Both the position numbers and the translations under genes were made by a program. Positions 10,133 through 20,226 of a DNA stretch of 64,000 nucleotides are shown here, one piece after another. The number at the start of each line of letters is the position of its first letter. The stretch's first letter is position 1. The DNA comes from Bacteroidota bacterium (GTDB lineage Bacteria; Bacteroidota; Ignavibacteria; UBA10030; UBA6906): NCBI GenBank assembly GCA_035506295.1, contig DATJPR010000205.1, forward strand, positions 5,053 to 69,052, in the 5' to 3' direction. Under the pieces are notes generated by a model. It saw nothing but the letters and a program-made list of their open reading frames with translations, was not told the origin of the DNA and ran no database searches.

Positions 10133-10687
10133 ATGCCTGACGTCGACGAGCACCGACTCGTCCTTGAAGCTCGTAAAGGCAGTCAGGAGGCTTTTCGCTG
10201 CCTCGTAGAACGCCATATGCGGCGCGCGTATGCCCTCGCATTTCGATTTGTCAACGATCACCATGACGCCGAGGAGATCGCGCAGGAGGCCTTTGTCCGT
10301 GCATTCGAGTCGCTCGACGGGTTTCGGGCCGAGGCGGAGTTTGGGACCTGGCTCTATCGGATCATCACCAATCTTTCGCTCAACCGTCTAAAGGACGGGA
10401 AGCGACGACGGGAACGCAGTGTTGACATGAACTTCGCGGCGACGGTACCGGACGAGACAGTGTTTCAGGCTTCGCACAACGACGACGTGAGGATGCACAT
10501 CGAGCGTGCTCTGCATGAGCTGCCGACGCTCCAGAGAGCCGTTGTCATCCTCCGTCATCTTCACGGGCTCTCGACGAGAGAGGTCAGCGTGATTCTTCAT
10601 TGCACCGAAGGGACGGTAAAGACACATCTCTTCCGAGGGATGGAAAAAATGCGTCTCAAGTTGAACTTCCTCCGGGAGGAAGTCTGA
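10133..10687 (+). CDS. RNA polymerase ECF (sigma-70 family group 4) sigma factor
   Basis: Sigma70_r2 ('FRCLVERHMRRAYALAFRFVNDHHDAEEIAQEAFVRAF') and Sigma70_r4_2 ('LPTLQRAVVILRHLHGLSTREVSVILHCTEGTVKTHLFRGMEKMR'). Confidence 0.85.
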   Translation: MPDVDEHRLVLEARKGSQEAFRCLVERHMRRAYALAFRFVNDHHDAEEIAQEAFVRAFESLDGFRAEAEFGTWLYRIITNLSLNRLKDGKRRRERSVDMNFAATVPDETVFQASHNDDVRMHIERALHELPTLQRAVVILRHLHGLSTREVSVILHCTEGTVKTHLFRGMEKMRLKLNFLREEV

Positions 10688-11595
10688 TGAACAGGCACCA
10701 GGAGACGAGAAATGCGTTGTACGAGTACCTCACGGAAGAACTCGATCCGGCCGAACGCGCGCGGGTCGAGGAGCACCTCCTCACGTGCAGTGTCTGCCGC
10801 GATAGTCTGACGGTCCTCCGCGAAGCCTTTGCCGTTCTTCCGAAGCCAGAGACGGATCCCGCCGCCGAAAGGCCCGAGGAATTCTGGGAGTCATTCCCCG
10901 CCCTCGTGGAACGACGTCTCCGTGTTCGCCCGCTTCGTCGATGGGAAGGTATCATCGCACGCATTCGCGATGAGCTTCTGTCCTTCGCGGTCATGCGCAG
11001 AGGGCACATCGCGCTGACCGGCATCGCCACCGGGTTGTGCGCGATCGCGCTGGCCCTCCTGCTCCGCCCTGCAGCGCCCCCCGTCGCTCTCCCGCAGCAA
11101 CAGAATCTCCCGACGGCGGTCGCAGAAGAACAACCTCCGACGACGAGCGAGCCAGCGGTATCCACGCCGTCGATCAGCGCCCCCAGGCTTTCGCCTGCCG
11201 TGCCGCCAAGCAAGATCAGCGCGGAGCGGGTTTCGGACTATTTTCGCAAATCCAAAATCCTCCTGATCGGCGTCACCAATCTGAAGAACGACCAGGACTC
11301 GACGCCCGATCTCAGCACCGAACAGCATGTGTCCCGCGCGCTCGTGCGGGAGGCGCGCTATCTCAGGCAGGAACCGAGCCTCTCGCCGAAAGCAAAAGAA
11401 CTCATCGACGAGCTCAATCGCGTCCTTATTCAACTCGCCAATCTTTCGGAACACAATGACGCGTCGGGGATCGAGATTGTCCGTGGAGGCATCCGGCAGG
11501 AGAATCTCCTTTTCAAAATCCGCATGGCGGAGTCCGCCATCAATGTCGCGCGGCCCGTACCAGTGTCGCTTAAGAAAGAGGGATCACCACTATGA
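10687..11595 (+). CDS. Anti-sigma factor with N-terminal zf-HC2 zinc finger; membrane protein
   Basis: ATG overlaps the sigma stop (TGATG). 'EEHLLTCSVCRD' matches the H-x3-C-x2-C anti-sigma motif. A single TM follows (IALTGIATGLCAIALALLL). The track ORF begins upstream at 10600 inside the sigma gene. Confidence 0.7.
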   Translation: MNRHQETRNALYEYLTEELDPAERARVEEHLLTCSVCRDSLTVLREAFAVLPKPETDPAAERPEEFWESFPALVERRLRVRPLRRWEGIIARIRDELLSFAVMRRGHIALTGIATGLCAIALALLLRPAAPPVALPQQQNLPTAVAEEQPPTTSEPAVSTPSISAPRLSPAVPPSKISAERVSDYFRKSKILLIGVTNLKNDQDSTPDLSTEQHVSRALVREARYLRQEPSLSPKAKELIDELNRVLIQLANLSEHNDASGIEIVRGGIRQENLLFKIRMAESAINVARPVPVSLKKEGSPL

Positions 11596-12797
11596 AACGA
11601 TTCTCGTTGATGTCGCTCGTTGCGGTGTCCGGTGCCGCGCTTCTCGTTCCCTTGCCGGCGCAGTGCCGTGAGCCGGGCGGTAAGGCCAGTGCCTTCGCCT
11701 ATGTCCGAAACGACGAAGGGGATCCCGGACAGACCCTCTACAAGAGCGGGTACAGCGATATTCTGTCCGAACAGTGGGCGAAAGCCCGAAAAACCTTTGC
11801 GGATCTGTTGAAGCGCTTCCCGCACAGCACCTATGCAGACGACGCCAGGTACTGGTCCGCGTACGCCCTCATGCACATGGACAAACAAAAGGCCCTCGCG
11901 GAATACCGTCAGTTCATCAACCGCCATCCTAAGAGCGCTTACCTCAGCGATGCCGTCGCCGATCTTGGCAACGCCGAGCGAGAGCTCGAAGCGGCGAAAG
12001 TCAGACGCGAGTTCGAAATGATGGCAAGGCACAGGGGGATGAATGATTCATTGATGCGGGATTCCAAAGACCGGATCCGACAGGCCATGGAGGGGGACAT
12101 GGATGCGGAAAACCTCGCGAGGCTTTCGCAGCTCGGTGTGGTGTACGACAGTGCATTCAGCCAGTTCCCATCCTTCGGATCAGGGATAGGACGCGGATTT
12201 GAAGGGATGAATTTCCGCGGCCTGGCAATGAACATGAGACGCCTGGGATGGCAGGTGCGGCGGACGTTCGGCCCCGGCTCGTCATCCGCGATCGACAAGA
12301 ACACGCAGTTGCGTCTGGAGGCGCTGTCAGCCATCGGACACGGAGAGGAGGATGATCGTGGATTCACCACGCTGAAGGACGTGGCGGTCGACCGCTCTCA
12401 GCCGGTCGTCATCCGGTTGGAGGCCATGGATCAGCTCGCCGACTTCACAAAGCACGACGTCTCGGCCGTTTTTCTCGATCTCGCGCGCACCGATTCCAGC
12501 GAGGAAATTCAGTCGGAGTCGCTGGACCATCTGTGCGACTGCATCAAGGACAAGGACAAGTCGGTCCAGACCCTGGCGACGCTCTACCGTTCCGTTCCCT
12601 CGGCGCATGGCAGTCAGCGCTCCATGATTCTGTTCGAGGTTGCCGATATCGGCAACGACCCCGCGGTTGATTTCCTCAGCAGTGTTGCTAAACAGGATAC
12701 CAGCTATGAACGTCGGGCGGAAGCAATCTATTACCTTGGCAACATCGGCGGCGAGAAGGCGCGGTCGGTCCTGTACGACGTGCTGTTAAACAAATAA
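11592..12797 (+). CDS. Secreted TPR plus HEAT-repeat (PBS-lyase-like) protein
   Basis: Signal peptide, N-terminal TPR-like helices and C-terminal HEAT repeats. ATGA overlap with the anti-sigma stop. Confidence 0.55.
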   Translation: MKRFSLMSLVAVSGAALLVPLPAQCREPGGKASAFAYVRNDEGDPGQTLYKSGYSDILSEQWAKARKTFADLLKRFPHSTYADDARYWSAYALMHMDKQKALAEYRQFINRHPKSAYLSDAVADLGNAERELEAAKVRREFEMMARHRGMNDSLMRDSKDRIRQAMEGDMDAENLARLSQLGVVYDSAFSQFPSFGSGIGRGFEGMNFRGLAMNMRRLGWQVRRTFGPGSSSAIDKNTQLRLEALSAIGHGEEDDRGFTTLKDVAVDRSQPVVIRLEAMDQLADFTKHDVSAVFLDLARTDSSEEIQSESLDHLCDCIKDKDKSVQTLATLYRSVPSAHGSQRSMILFEVADIGNDPAVDFLSSVAKQDTSYERRAEAIYYLGNIGGEKARSVLYDVLLNK

Positions 12798-12816
12798 TGA
12801 TGCTCTGGAGGAATGT

Positions 12817-13746
12817 ATGAAGACTGGCATGGCAGTGCTCATCGCCTGTGCGCTCATCGGGGGTATGCCGACCGCTTCTTCAGCTCAGTTCCATCAGCGG
12901 GCCCGCACTTTTGTCAACGCTTCGCATTCCGACAACGGCGGGTGGTTGGGCATCACGATCGAGGACCTTACCCCCGAGATCAGGAACGAGTTGAAGACCA
13001 GCACGCGGGAAGGCGTTGTCGTCCTCTCCGTGCAGGAGAACAGTCCGGCGGAAAAAGCCGGGTTGAGGAAGAACGACGTCATCGTCGCAGTGAATGGTCA
13101 CGTGGTGAACGATCGATGGGACCTCCTGAAGAGGATCCGATCGGAGGAACCGGGGACTTCGGTGTCACTCAAGATCATCCGGGACAATGCGGACAAGGAA
13201 TTGACTGCGGAACTCGATGAAGCCCGGGACCACGAGGTCCGCGTGTTTCCGATGCTCGGGACCATCACGCATCCCTTCTATATGGTTTCAGAGTCCGCGA
13301 CACAGGGCTTGCGGATGATGGAGTTGAACGAGCAGCTCGGCGAATACTTCGGCGCGCCCGATGGCAGGGGGGTTCTCGTGGAAGAAGTGCGCCACAACAG
13401 CCCCGCGGCCAAGGCGGGTTTCAGGGCGGGGGACGTAATTATCCGTGTCGGCAACGATCCCATCGAAGACATCATGGACGTCCGCAACGCCCTGCGTCAC
13501 TTCGAGAGCGGGGACTCCGCCCGATTCGGAATCCTGCGCAAGGGTTCATCTCTGACGCTGGTTCTCAGGCTCGGCGACCGCGACGGTTTTGATTTCCGGT
13601 CGGAGGAGGGGTGGAACCCCTCCGAATTCCAGGGCCACATGCGCGAATTTGGCGAACGCATGCGACAGTTTGGGAAAGACCTCCAGCTGAGGATGAAGGG
13701 CCTTGGAGACCGTATTCGCGCCAATCTCCTCCGAATGGAGATCTGA
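12817..13746 (+). CDS. Periplasmic protein with two PDZ domains; no protease domain recognisable
   Basis: Signal peptide plus two PDZ cores ('GVVVLSVQENSPAEKAGLRKNDVIVAVNG' and 'GVLVEEVRHNSPAAKAGFRAGDVIIRVGN'). Confidence 0.7.
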   Translation: MKTGMAVLIACALIGGMPTASSAQFHQRARTFVNASHSDNGGWLGITIEDLTPEIRNELKTSTREGVVVLSVQENSPAEKAGLRKNDVIVAVNGHVVNDRWDLLKRIRSEEPGTSVSLKIIRDNADKELTAELDEARDHEVRVFPMLGTITHPFYMVSESATQGLRMMELNEQLGEYFGAPDGRGVLVEEVRHNSPAAKAGFRAGDVIIRVGNDPIEDIMDVRNALRHFESGDSARFGILRKGSSLTLVLRLGDRDGFDFRSEEGWNPSEFQGHMREFGERMRQFGKDLQLRMKGLGDRIRANLLRMEI

Positions 13747-13849
13747 AGCAGAGGGTGCAGCAACCCCCGTTCCTCCTCCCTCCCTCATCCGCTGTTGAGG
13801 AATTACCCTTTTTTGTCTATCTTCCTGCTGTCCTTCAGGAACCCTCCTC

Positions 13850-14332
13850 ATGTATCCAATTTACTTTACCTTGCTGTTCCATTTCGTCGGCATCGGGATG
13901 TTGTTCACGGCGCTTTTCGGCGGTTGGATCGTTGGCAGCCAATATCGCTCCGCGCCTGATTGGCAAACGAAGGCCCTACACCTGAAATCCCTTCGTCGTA
14001 TCGGCCTGATGAGCCCCATTGGCGTTCTCGTGATGTTGCTGAGCGGCATTGGAAACATGACCCTCGGCCCTCATAAGTACACCTTGTTTTCCGATGGATG
14101 GCTCAGCGCCAAGCTAGCGCTTTTCCTGGTGGCTATTCTCATCGGCGCCCTGTCTTCGGTACAGGCGATGCGACGCTCCAGAGCGGTCACCAAACTCGCC
14201 GCCGGGGACACGGAACATCCGCATGAAAATACGCTGCGGTCCGTGGAGACCCAGTTGAAGATCTCTTCGACCTTGCAGTTTCTGTTGATCATCGCCATTA
14301 TTTTATTGTCGATCGTGCGCCCTCTCGGGTAA
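13850..14332 (+). CDS. Integral membrane protein (4 TM, DUF2269-like)
   Basis: Four hydrophobic helices over 160 aa; no catalytic motif. Confidence 0.5.
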   Translation: MYPIYFTLLFHFVGIGMLFTALFGGWIVGSQYRSAPDWQTKALHLKSLRRIGLMSPIGVLVMLLSGIGNMTLGPHKYTLFSDGWLSAKLALFLVAILIGALSSVQAMRRSRAVTKLAAGDTEHPHENTLRSVETQLKISSTLQFLLIIAIILLSIVRPLG

Positions 14333-14421
14333 CAAAGGCGGCAGCGGCAGGGACACGCCCGGAGTAGTGATCCCCACAAACGAAATTCAACGAACATAGT
14401 TCAATCAACCTTCACCATACG

Positions 14422-15438
14422 ATGGGTACGATCATGCGAAAGCTCTCTGTCTCCACGCTCGCACTACTCACACTGTTGGCGTTCCTGTCGCTGACGGGAT
14501 GCGGGAAAAAGGAGGTGGCTCCGCTCCCGGTCCCGGAAATGTCGGATTACCGGGATCCAGGGTACGGGTTCCACATTTCGTTTCCGAAAACCTGGCTCAC
14601 CAATGCGGAAGTCGGCCGCGCCCTTTTCTTCAGCTCCCAGGACGTGGACAAGCGTTTCCTTGACCCGGAAGGCGCCTTTCCCGATGGCGCCATCATCGAC
14701 ATTTCGCTGGTCAAGACGCCGAATCCCGGCGCCCTTCGTGACAGCATGGTCTCGCAGATGAAATCGGTCGGGTTCCAGGTCGCGCCAGCCGAAGAGATCA
14801 CCGTTGCCGGGAAAAAAGCGGAGCGCTTCCCCTATACCGCACGGTACACCTCCGGGATGTCGGAAGGCGAACACGTCTATCTCGACGCCGATTCCATTTT
14901 GTATGATTTCTGGTTTGCCGGGTTCGGCGACTTCTACAAAGCCAACAAGGATATTTTTGCCGCGTCGCTCGCGTCGTTCCAGTTCCCGAAACCTGTCGCG
15001 CAAGGCGTGGACGCGACACTGCCGTCCGAAACCTTCACCGAAGGAGAAACCAAGTACTTCTCCTTCCGCTATCCGGAGAATTTCAATTTCAATCCCGACG
15101 TCAAGAAAGGGACATTCGAGTTTTCCACAGAGCTGCATGGATACCGGGAAGACTGCTCGATCCGGTTCGACGTGTTCGACGCGAAGGGCCAGGGGGTTGA
15201 CAAGGTGTTTGCTCAGAACAAAGGAAAGTACCGCGCCCTGGAGACGGGGAAAGAGACCATTGCGGGCGAGCAAGCGATGTTTGTCAGCTATTCGCCGTCC
15301 CGGGACGTTGTCAGCAGAGCGTACTTCCTGGTCCACAACGGCAAGGCGTTCCGGGTGACGACGAACTCGTATCGGCCGCAAGAGAAGGAATACGCCGGTG
15401 CGTTCTCCAAGATCCTTTCCTCCATCAAATTTAAATGA
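14422..15438 (+). CDS. Lipoprotein, hypothetical
   Basis: Lipobox 'LSLTGCGKKE'. No recognised domain. Alternative start at 14434. Confidence 0.55.
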   Translation: MGTIMRKLSVSTLALLTLLAFLSLTGCGKKEVAPLPVPEMSDYRDPGYGFHISFPKTWLTNAEVGRALFFSSQDVDKRFLDPEGAFPDGAIIDISLVKTPNPGALRDSMVSQMKSVGFQVAPAEEITVAGKKAERFPYTARYTSGMSEGEHVYLDADSILYDFWFAGFGDFYKANKDIFAASLASFQFPKPVAQGVDATLPSETFTEGETKYFSFRYPENFNFNPDVKKGTFEFSTELHGYREDCSIRFDVFDAKGQGVDKVFAQNKGKYRALETGKETIAGEQAMFVSYSPSRDVVSRAYFLVHNGKAFRVTTNSYRPQEKEYAGAFSKILSSIKFK

Positions 15439-15454
15439 CCAGCGAGGTACTCCC

Positions 15455-15796
15455 ATGTCCCCTGTAGATCTTCCCATGGTCACCACGGCCTTCACGCTCG
15501 ACGGTTACAAGATTGTGAAAAACCTCGGGATTGTCCGCGGCATCACGGTGCGCTCTCGCTCGATCGTCGGGAATATCGGTGCCGGGCTCCAGACGTTGTT
15601 CGGCGGGAATATCTCGATCCTGCAGGAGCTCTGCGAACGTACCCGGGCCGAAGCGTTCATGCTGATGGCCCAGCACGCGGCGGAAATCGGCGCGAATGCC
15701 GTTGTCGGCATGCGCTACGATGCCAACGAGGTGATGTCAGGTGTTACGGAAGTACTCGCGTACGGAACGGCTGTCGTCGTGGAGAAGGAGCGGTAG
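15455..15796 (+). CDS. YbjQ/UPF0145 family (putative heavy-metal-binding) protein
   Basis: 113 aa. 'GYKIVKNLGIVRGITVRSRSIVGNIGAGLQTLFGGN...AVVGMRYD' is characteristic of the YbjQ_1 domain. Confidence 0.8.
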   Translation: MSPVDLPMVTTAFTLDGYKIVKNLGIVRGITVRSRSIVGNIGAGLQTLFGGNISILQELCERTRAEAFMLMAQHAAEIGANAVVGMRYDANEVMSGVTEVLAYGTAVVVEKER

Positions 15797-15932
15797 AGCT
15801 GTTCCGAACTCTTCTCTGAAGAAGATGGCTGGTGAAGCAGTGAAAACTCCCCGCAGGCGGCGGCATCAGAAGGCCGCCGCCCGCGCGTCGGAGTTGGCCC
15901 CCCCTTTGTTCGCCCACTTGCAGGAGCTCCCT

Positions 15933-16904
15933 ATGTTCGCCCGCATCGTTTTCGTCGCCCTCTTTCTGCTTGGATCTACCACCCAGGCGCAGGAAAGAAA
16001 AATCTTGAGCCCCCGGGATTCGGTCTTCCTCACACTCGGCAAGGACACCATCTCTGTCAACTATGGCCGTCCCTCCATCCGGGGACGCGTGATCATGGGA
16101 AAGCTCGTCCCGTGGGATGCGGTGTGGCGGACCGGGGCAAACCTTGCGACACATCTCCGGACGACGTTTGATGCCATGATCGACGGCGTTCCGCTTCCCA
16201 AGGGGCTTTACACGCTGTGGACCCTGCCATCGCAGGACGGATGGAAATTTATCATCAACAAGCAGACAGGGCAGTGGGGCACCATGTATGACGAACGGCA
16301 GGACCTTGCGCGCTTCGATGGGACGGTCGAGCGTCTCACAGCGACCGTCGACACCTTCTCGATTTCGCTCCCCGCCACCGGGCCGTCCAGCGGAAGGCTC
16401 GTCCTTTCCTGGGAGAACACCCGCGTCTGGGTGCCCTTCGAAAAAAACGATCATATCCGTCCGATCAGTCCCCTCGATTCCTCCGAGACCACGATTGGCG
16501 CGGCGAATGTGAAGATTGTCTATTCGAAACCGTTCATCCGCGGACGAAAAATCTGGGGAGTCGTCGTCCCCTTCGACTCGCTCTGGCGTACCGGGGCGAA
16601 TCTTTCGACCCTTCTCACGACAAGCGGAGCGGTCAGCATAGGCAGCGTCCGTCTTGAAGCAGGGAGTTACGTGCTTCGCTCGATCCCGACGGCTCAATCA
16701 CTCACGCTGCTGATCAGCAAGCGTCCCGCATCTCCGGGACCGATCCCGGACAGCCTGCTTGTGGGCCGTGCGGTGATGACCGCAAGCACCGCAACCCGGG
16801 CCATTGATCCCTTCCGGATCTGGTTTACCGTCGGGACAGAAGGAGAATCGGTGCTCAAAATCGGTTGGGCAGACCGGGAGTTCAGCACAAAGGTATCGCG
16901 CTGA
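15933..16904 (+). CDS. DUF2911 domain protein (two tandem DUF2911 copies), secreted
   Basis: ATG at 15933 verified (MFARIVFVALFLLGSTTQAQ signal peptide). Internal repeat of 'VPWD/FDSLWRTGANL'. The track ORF starts earlier at 15741. Confidence 0.65.
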   Translation: MFARIVFVALFLLGSTTQAQERKILSPRDSVFLTLGKDTISVNYGRPSIRGRVIMGKLVPWDAVWRTGANLATHLRTTFDAMIDGVPLPKGLYTLWTLPSQDGWKFIINKQTGQWGTMYDERQDLARFDGTVERLTATVDTFSISLPATGPSSGRLVLSWENTRVWVPFEKNDHIRPISPLDSSETTIGAANVKIVYSKPFIRGRKIWGVVVPFDSLWRTGANLSTLLTTSGAVSIGSVRLEAGSYVLRSIPTAQSLTLLISKRPASPGPIPDSLLVGRAVMTASTATRAIDPFRIWFTVGTEGESVLKIGWADREFSTKVSR

Positions 16905-16956
16905 TCCTCATTGAGCGACGGAAGGACGTTCCCGAAATAGAGAATCGGACACTCTT

Positions 16957-18669
16957 ATGGATATTCAAGGCAAGACCGTCCTCGTCATCGGCGGCTGGGG
17001 GCTCGTTGGATCCGCCATTTGCCGCAGATTCATGGAAGAACATCCACGCCGCATTATCCTCACGTCGCTTCGCAAAGAGGAGGCGGAAGAGGCGGTAAGT
17101 ACTCTCCGCGCAGACTTCCCGAATGCGCGTGCGGACTTTTTCATTCCCTGGTGGGGAAACATCTTCGTGCGGGAGGATCTGAAGGACCTCCCACGGAAGG
17201 AAATCCTGGGGAGGGCGAAGAACCGGGCGATGCTCATCGAGGACATCGTCGAGGAGCTTTCCACAACCGTGCTCCACCGGTCAAGCCTGCACCGGCTGTT
17301 GATGAAATACAAACCTGAAGTCGTTGTCGACTGCGTGAACTCGGCGACGGGAATCGCCTATCAGGACATCTTCGAGGTTTCCCGCGACGTCATCAGTGAG
17401 CTGCGGCGAGCACGGGGCCGCCGCGGGCGCCAGGAAGCGCTCATCGAAGCGACCGAGAGGCTTCTCTGCACCCTCTACATCCCCCAATTGATCCGCCATG
17501 TCCAGATCATGTACCGGTCGATGTCGGACGTAGGAACGAAGATCTATGTCAAGATCGGCACGAGCGGCACGGGCGGAATGGGATTGAACATCCCGTACAC
17601 CCACAGCGAGGAGCGCCCTTCGCGAGTGCTGCTTTCCAAGTCAGCAGTGGCGGGCGCGCACACCTTGCTGCTCTTTTTGATGGGCCGGACGCCGGACGCA
17701 CCGATCACGAAGGAAATAAAGCCCACGGCGGCGATCGCCTGGAAGAGAATCGGCTACGGCGAGATCAAACGTCAGGGACGTCCCATTGTGCTCTACGATT
17801 GCCCCGTCTCCAGGCCGGTCAAGCTTCGCAAGAAACTCATCCTGCAGCAGCCCGACGTCTCAGCCTCGACAGGGCAACAACTGAAGTCCGTCTTCATCGA
17901 CACGGGAGAAAACGGCTTCTTCTCCCGCGGCGAATTCGAGGCAATCTCGACGCCCGGGCAGATGGAATTCGTCACCCCCGAAGAGATCGCGGAGAATGCG
18001 ATCTTCGAGATCAAAGCGGGGAACACCGGGCACGACATCATCAACGCCCTGGACAACGCAACGCTCTCGCCGACCTATCGTGCCGGATTCATGTTCACAG
18101 GCGCTGTCTCCACCATGAAGAAGCTGGAGATGAAACACGGCGTTGATTCCGTGGCGTTCGAGATGCTCGGCCCGCCCCGGCTTTCGAAACTGCTTTATGA
18201 GGCGTACCTTCTCAAGACGTGCTTCGGCGACATTCGTAGCGCGACCGCAGCGACACCGCGGATCCTGAGCCAACGACTGTTCGATCTCCTCCGGGACGAT
18301 CAGGAATTGCGCGCAAGGATCATCTCCATCGGCATCCCCATTCTCCTGCCGGACGGCGAGTCATTGCTCCGCGCGGAGATGATCAAAATCCCTCCGTTCC
18401 GCGGCCGTGCAGAATTGCCGGTAACACCGGAGAGCATCGATCGCTGGGCACACGATGGCTGGGTCGATTTGCGCGAGGCGAACATGCGGGTCTGGAAGGG
18501 GCGCCTCGCCGAAATTGTGACGATGGTCGAGAACCTTCCTTCGGATGAAACCAGTTCGCGCACGATGCACAATCGCGAGTACTGGGACAATCTGCTGGCG
18601 ATCGATCCGGGGAAAATTTGCGGGTGGATTTTTACGTATGAGGAGAAGGGGCGGAGGATGAAGGCCTGA
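16957..18669 (+). CDS. NAD(P)-binding Rossmann-fold protein, 570 aa, unclassified
   Basis: N-terminal 'KTVLVIGGWGLVGSAICRRF' is a GxGxxG dinucleotide-binding motif. The rest is not recognised. Confidence 0.55.
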   Translation: MDIQGKTVLVIGGWGLVGSAICRRFMEEHPRRIILTSLRKEEAEEAVSTLRADFPNARADFFIPWWGNIFVREDLKDLPRKEILGRAKNRAMLIEDIVEELSTTVLHRSSLHRLLMKYKPEVVVDCVNSATGIAYQDIFEVSRDVISELRRARGRRGRQEALIEATERLLCTLYIPQLIRHVQIMYRSMSDVGTKIYVKIGTSGTGGMGLNIPYTHSEERPSRVLLSKSAVAGAHTLLLFLMGRTPDAPITKEIKPTAAIAWKRIGYGEIKRQGRPIVLYDCPVSRPVKLRKKLILQQPDVSASTGQQLKSVFIDTGENGFFSRGEFEAISTPGQMEFVTPEEIAENAIFEIKAGNTGHDIINALDNATLSPTYRAGFMFTGAVSTMKKLEMKHGVDSVAFEMLGPPRLSKLLYEAYLLKTCFGDIRSATAATPRILSQRLFDLLRDDQELRARIISIGIPILLPDGESLLRAEMIKIPPFRGRAELPVTPESIDRWAHDGWVDLREANMRVWKGRLAEIVTMVENLPSDETSSRTMHNREYWDNLLAIDPGKICGWIFTYEEKGRRMKA

Positions 18670-18686
18670 ACCGAGGCGGCTTGCGT

Positions 18687-18709
18687 GGGGACGTTTTATG
18701 AAACGTCCC
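18687..18709. terminator. Bidirectional hairpin terminator between convergent genes
   Basis: GGGGACGTTTT-ATG-AAACGTCCC inverted repeat in the 54-nt gap between the + gene ending 18669 and the - gene ending 18724. Confidence 0.5.
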
Positions 18710-18723
18710 TCCAGGCGTATTCG

Positions 18724-20226
18724 CTAAAATGTCGTTGCGACTTTGAATTCTTCCCCTGCCGGCCTTACCTGGTCATACATCCGCCGCAACGCCCGATACG
18801 CATCCTGACTTCCCCGCGAGGCGGCGGTGCGATAATACGAGGCGGCTTCCCCTGCATCCTGGCGCGCACCGATTCCCTGCTCATAGGCATAGCCGAGCGC
18901 GAACTCCGCAAGCAGACTCCCTTCTGTCGCCGCGGTCTTGAGAAGCGCAACCTGCGCGGAATGCATCTGCGGATCGGTTGGATCCCGGAGTGCGGTCACC
19001 GCAAGACGAATCGACGCCTCCATGCTTCCTAGCGATGCGGCCTTGTACCACATGTCTTTCGCAGCCGCCTGATCCTGCGTCACCAGTTTCCCTGAATAGT
19101 GCCACAGGCCCAGCTCCACCATTGCAGGTACATACCCGGCGTCGACCGATTTGTGCAGGAGCTGCACAGCCTTCGCATCAGAGACACCGGATTCGATGCC
19201 AAGCCCCGCGAACCCCGCGGTCACAAATTCCGCAATACGATCACCCCGCTCGGCCCGTCCCTTCAACGCATTGGCGAACGACACGCTCTTGAGCAGAGAG
19301 AGAATAAGATCCAGCGCTCTTGGTGAGTCCATCCTGAGCGCTCGCACGTAGTACGCCGCCGCCTCCACGGAATCCAATTTGACTTCAATTCCCCGTTCAT
19401 AGCATCGGCCAAGAACCATCAGCGCTTCGGGGCTCCCATAACGAGCTGCTCGGCGAACGACATCCAGACCGACCGAATCCACGCCCGAGCTGTCCTCGAT
19501 CATTTTGGAAATCCCCAGCGATCGCCGGAGTTCGTCGGCGCCGTGAAACACGTCCTTGAGCAGTCTCGGGTTGGACTCGCCTTTCGCGGTGTCGAGGACG
19601 TCGGCGACAATGGGAAGGGGCGCTTCATTCAGGCGCTGGGTTTCGGCCTTCAGGTGCGCGGCAAATTCCGGCAGCGCCTTCTTGGCCGGTTCGTAGTCAG
19701 CATCCGCGGACTTCTTGACCCAATCGTATGCCTTCTGCCAGTCACGGGGGACGGTCAGGTCTTCGGTGAGCATCTCGCCGAGGAAAAACTCCGCCTCGGG
19801 CATTTCCGCGTCGGCACACTCCTTCACGAGCCGATACGATTCAAAAGGATTCCAGGGGGTGCCCCAGCCGTGAAAGGCGAGGATCGCAAGATTGAACGTC
19901 GATGCCGTGAGCCCCTGTTCAGAGGCTTTCTGGAACCAGTAGGCTGCCTTCGCGGTGTCGCGTTCCACGCCCCGGCCCACAATATACCGGAGCCCGAGCT
20001 CGTGCTGGGCAAACTTGTCGCCGGCCTGAGCCTTCCGGGCAACGACGAACGCCTGCCAGATCTGCTCGAGCGCGTCGGATTCGGGGACCTGAGGGACAAC
20101 GAGGGGGGGACGCTTATTCTTGAAGACCGGGCTGTCCGGCTCCTGCTTCGGCGACTGTGGGAGGACCGGGGAGGTCGCAAGAACAACGAAAGCGAGCGCC
20201 TCAGCACAAATAACTCGAACCTTCAT
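18724..20226 (-). CDS. Sel1-repeat (TPR-like) secreted protein
   Basis: Multiple Sel1 motifs (e.g. 'KAAYWFQKASEQG', 'AMVELGLWHYSGK', 'AEFALGYAYEQGIG'). ATG at 20226 verified (MKVRVICAEALAFVVLATS signal peptide). The track ORF extends to 20370. Confidence 0.7.
   Translation of the reverse strand: MKVRVICAEALAFVVLATSPVLPQSPKQEPDSPVFKNKRPPLVVPQVPESDALEQIWQAFVVARKAQAGDKFAQHELGLRYIVGRGVERDTAKAAYWFQKASEQGLTASTFNLAILAFHGWGTPWNPFESYRLVKECADAEMPEAEFFLGEMLTEDLTVPRDWQKAYDWVKKSADADYEPAKKALPEFAAHLKAETQRLNEAPLPIVADVLDTAKGESNPRLLKDVFHGADELRRSLGISKMIEDSSGVDSVGLDVVRRAARYGSPEALMVLGRCYERGIEVKLDSVEAAAYYVRALRMDSPRALDLILSLLKSVSFANALKGRAERGDRIAEFVTAGFAGLGIESGVSDAKAVQLLHKSVDAGYVPAMVELGLWHYSGKLVTQDQAAAKDMWYKAASLGSMEASIRLAVTALRDPTDPQMHSAQVALLKTAATEGSLLAEFALGYAYEQGIGARQDAGEAASYYRTAASRGSQDAYRALRRMYDQVRPAGEEFKVATTF

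Noticed and set aside
10600-10686. Track ORF start for the anti-sigma factor inside the sigma-factor gene (10600)
   Set aside because: An ATG exactly overlapping the sigma stop (10687) gives a typical coupled sigma/anti-sigma pair with the zf-HC2 motif near the N-terminus. The upstream extension is out-of-frame overlap with a real gene.
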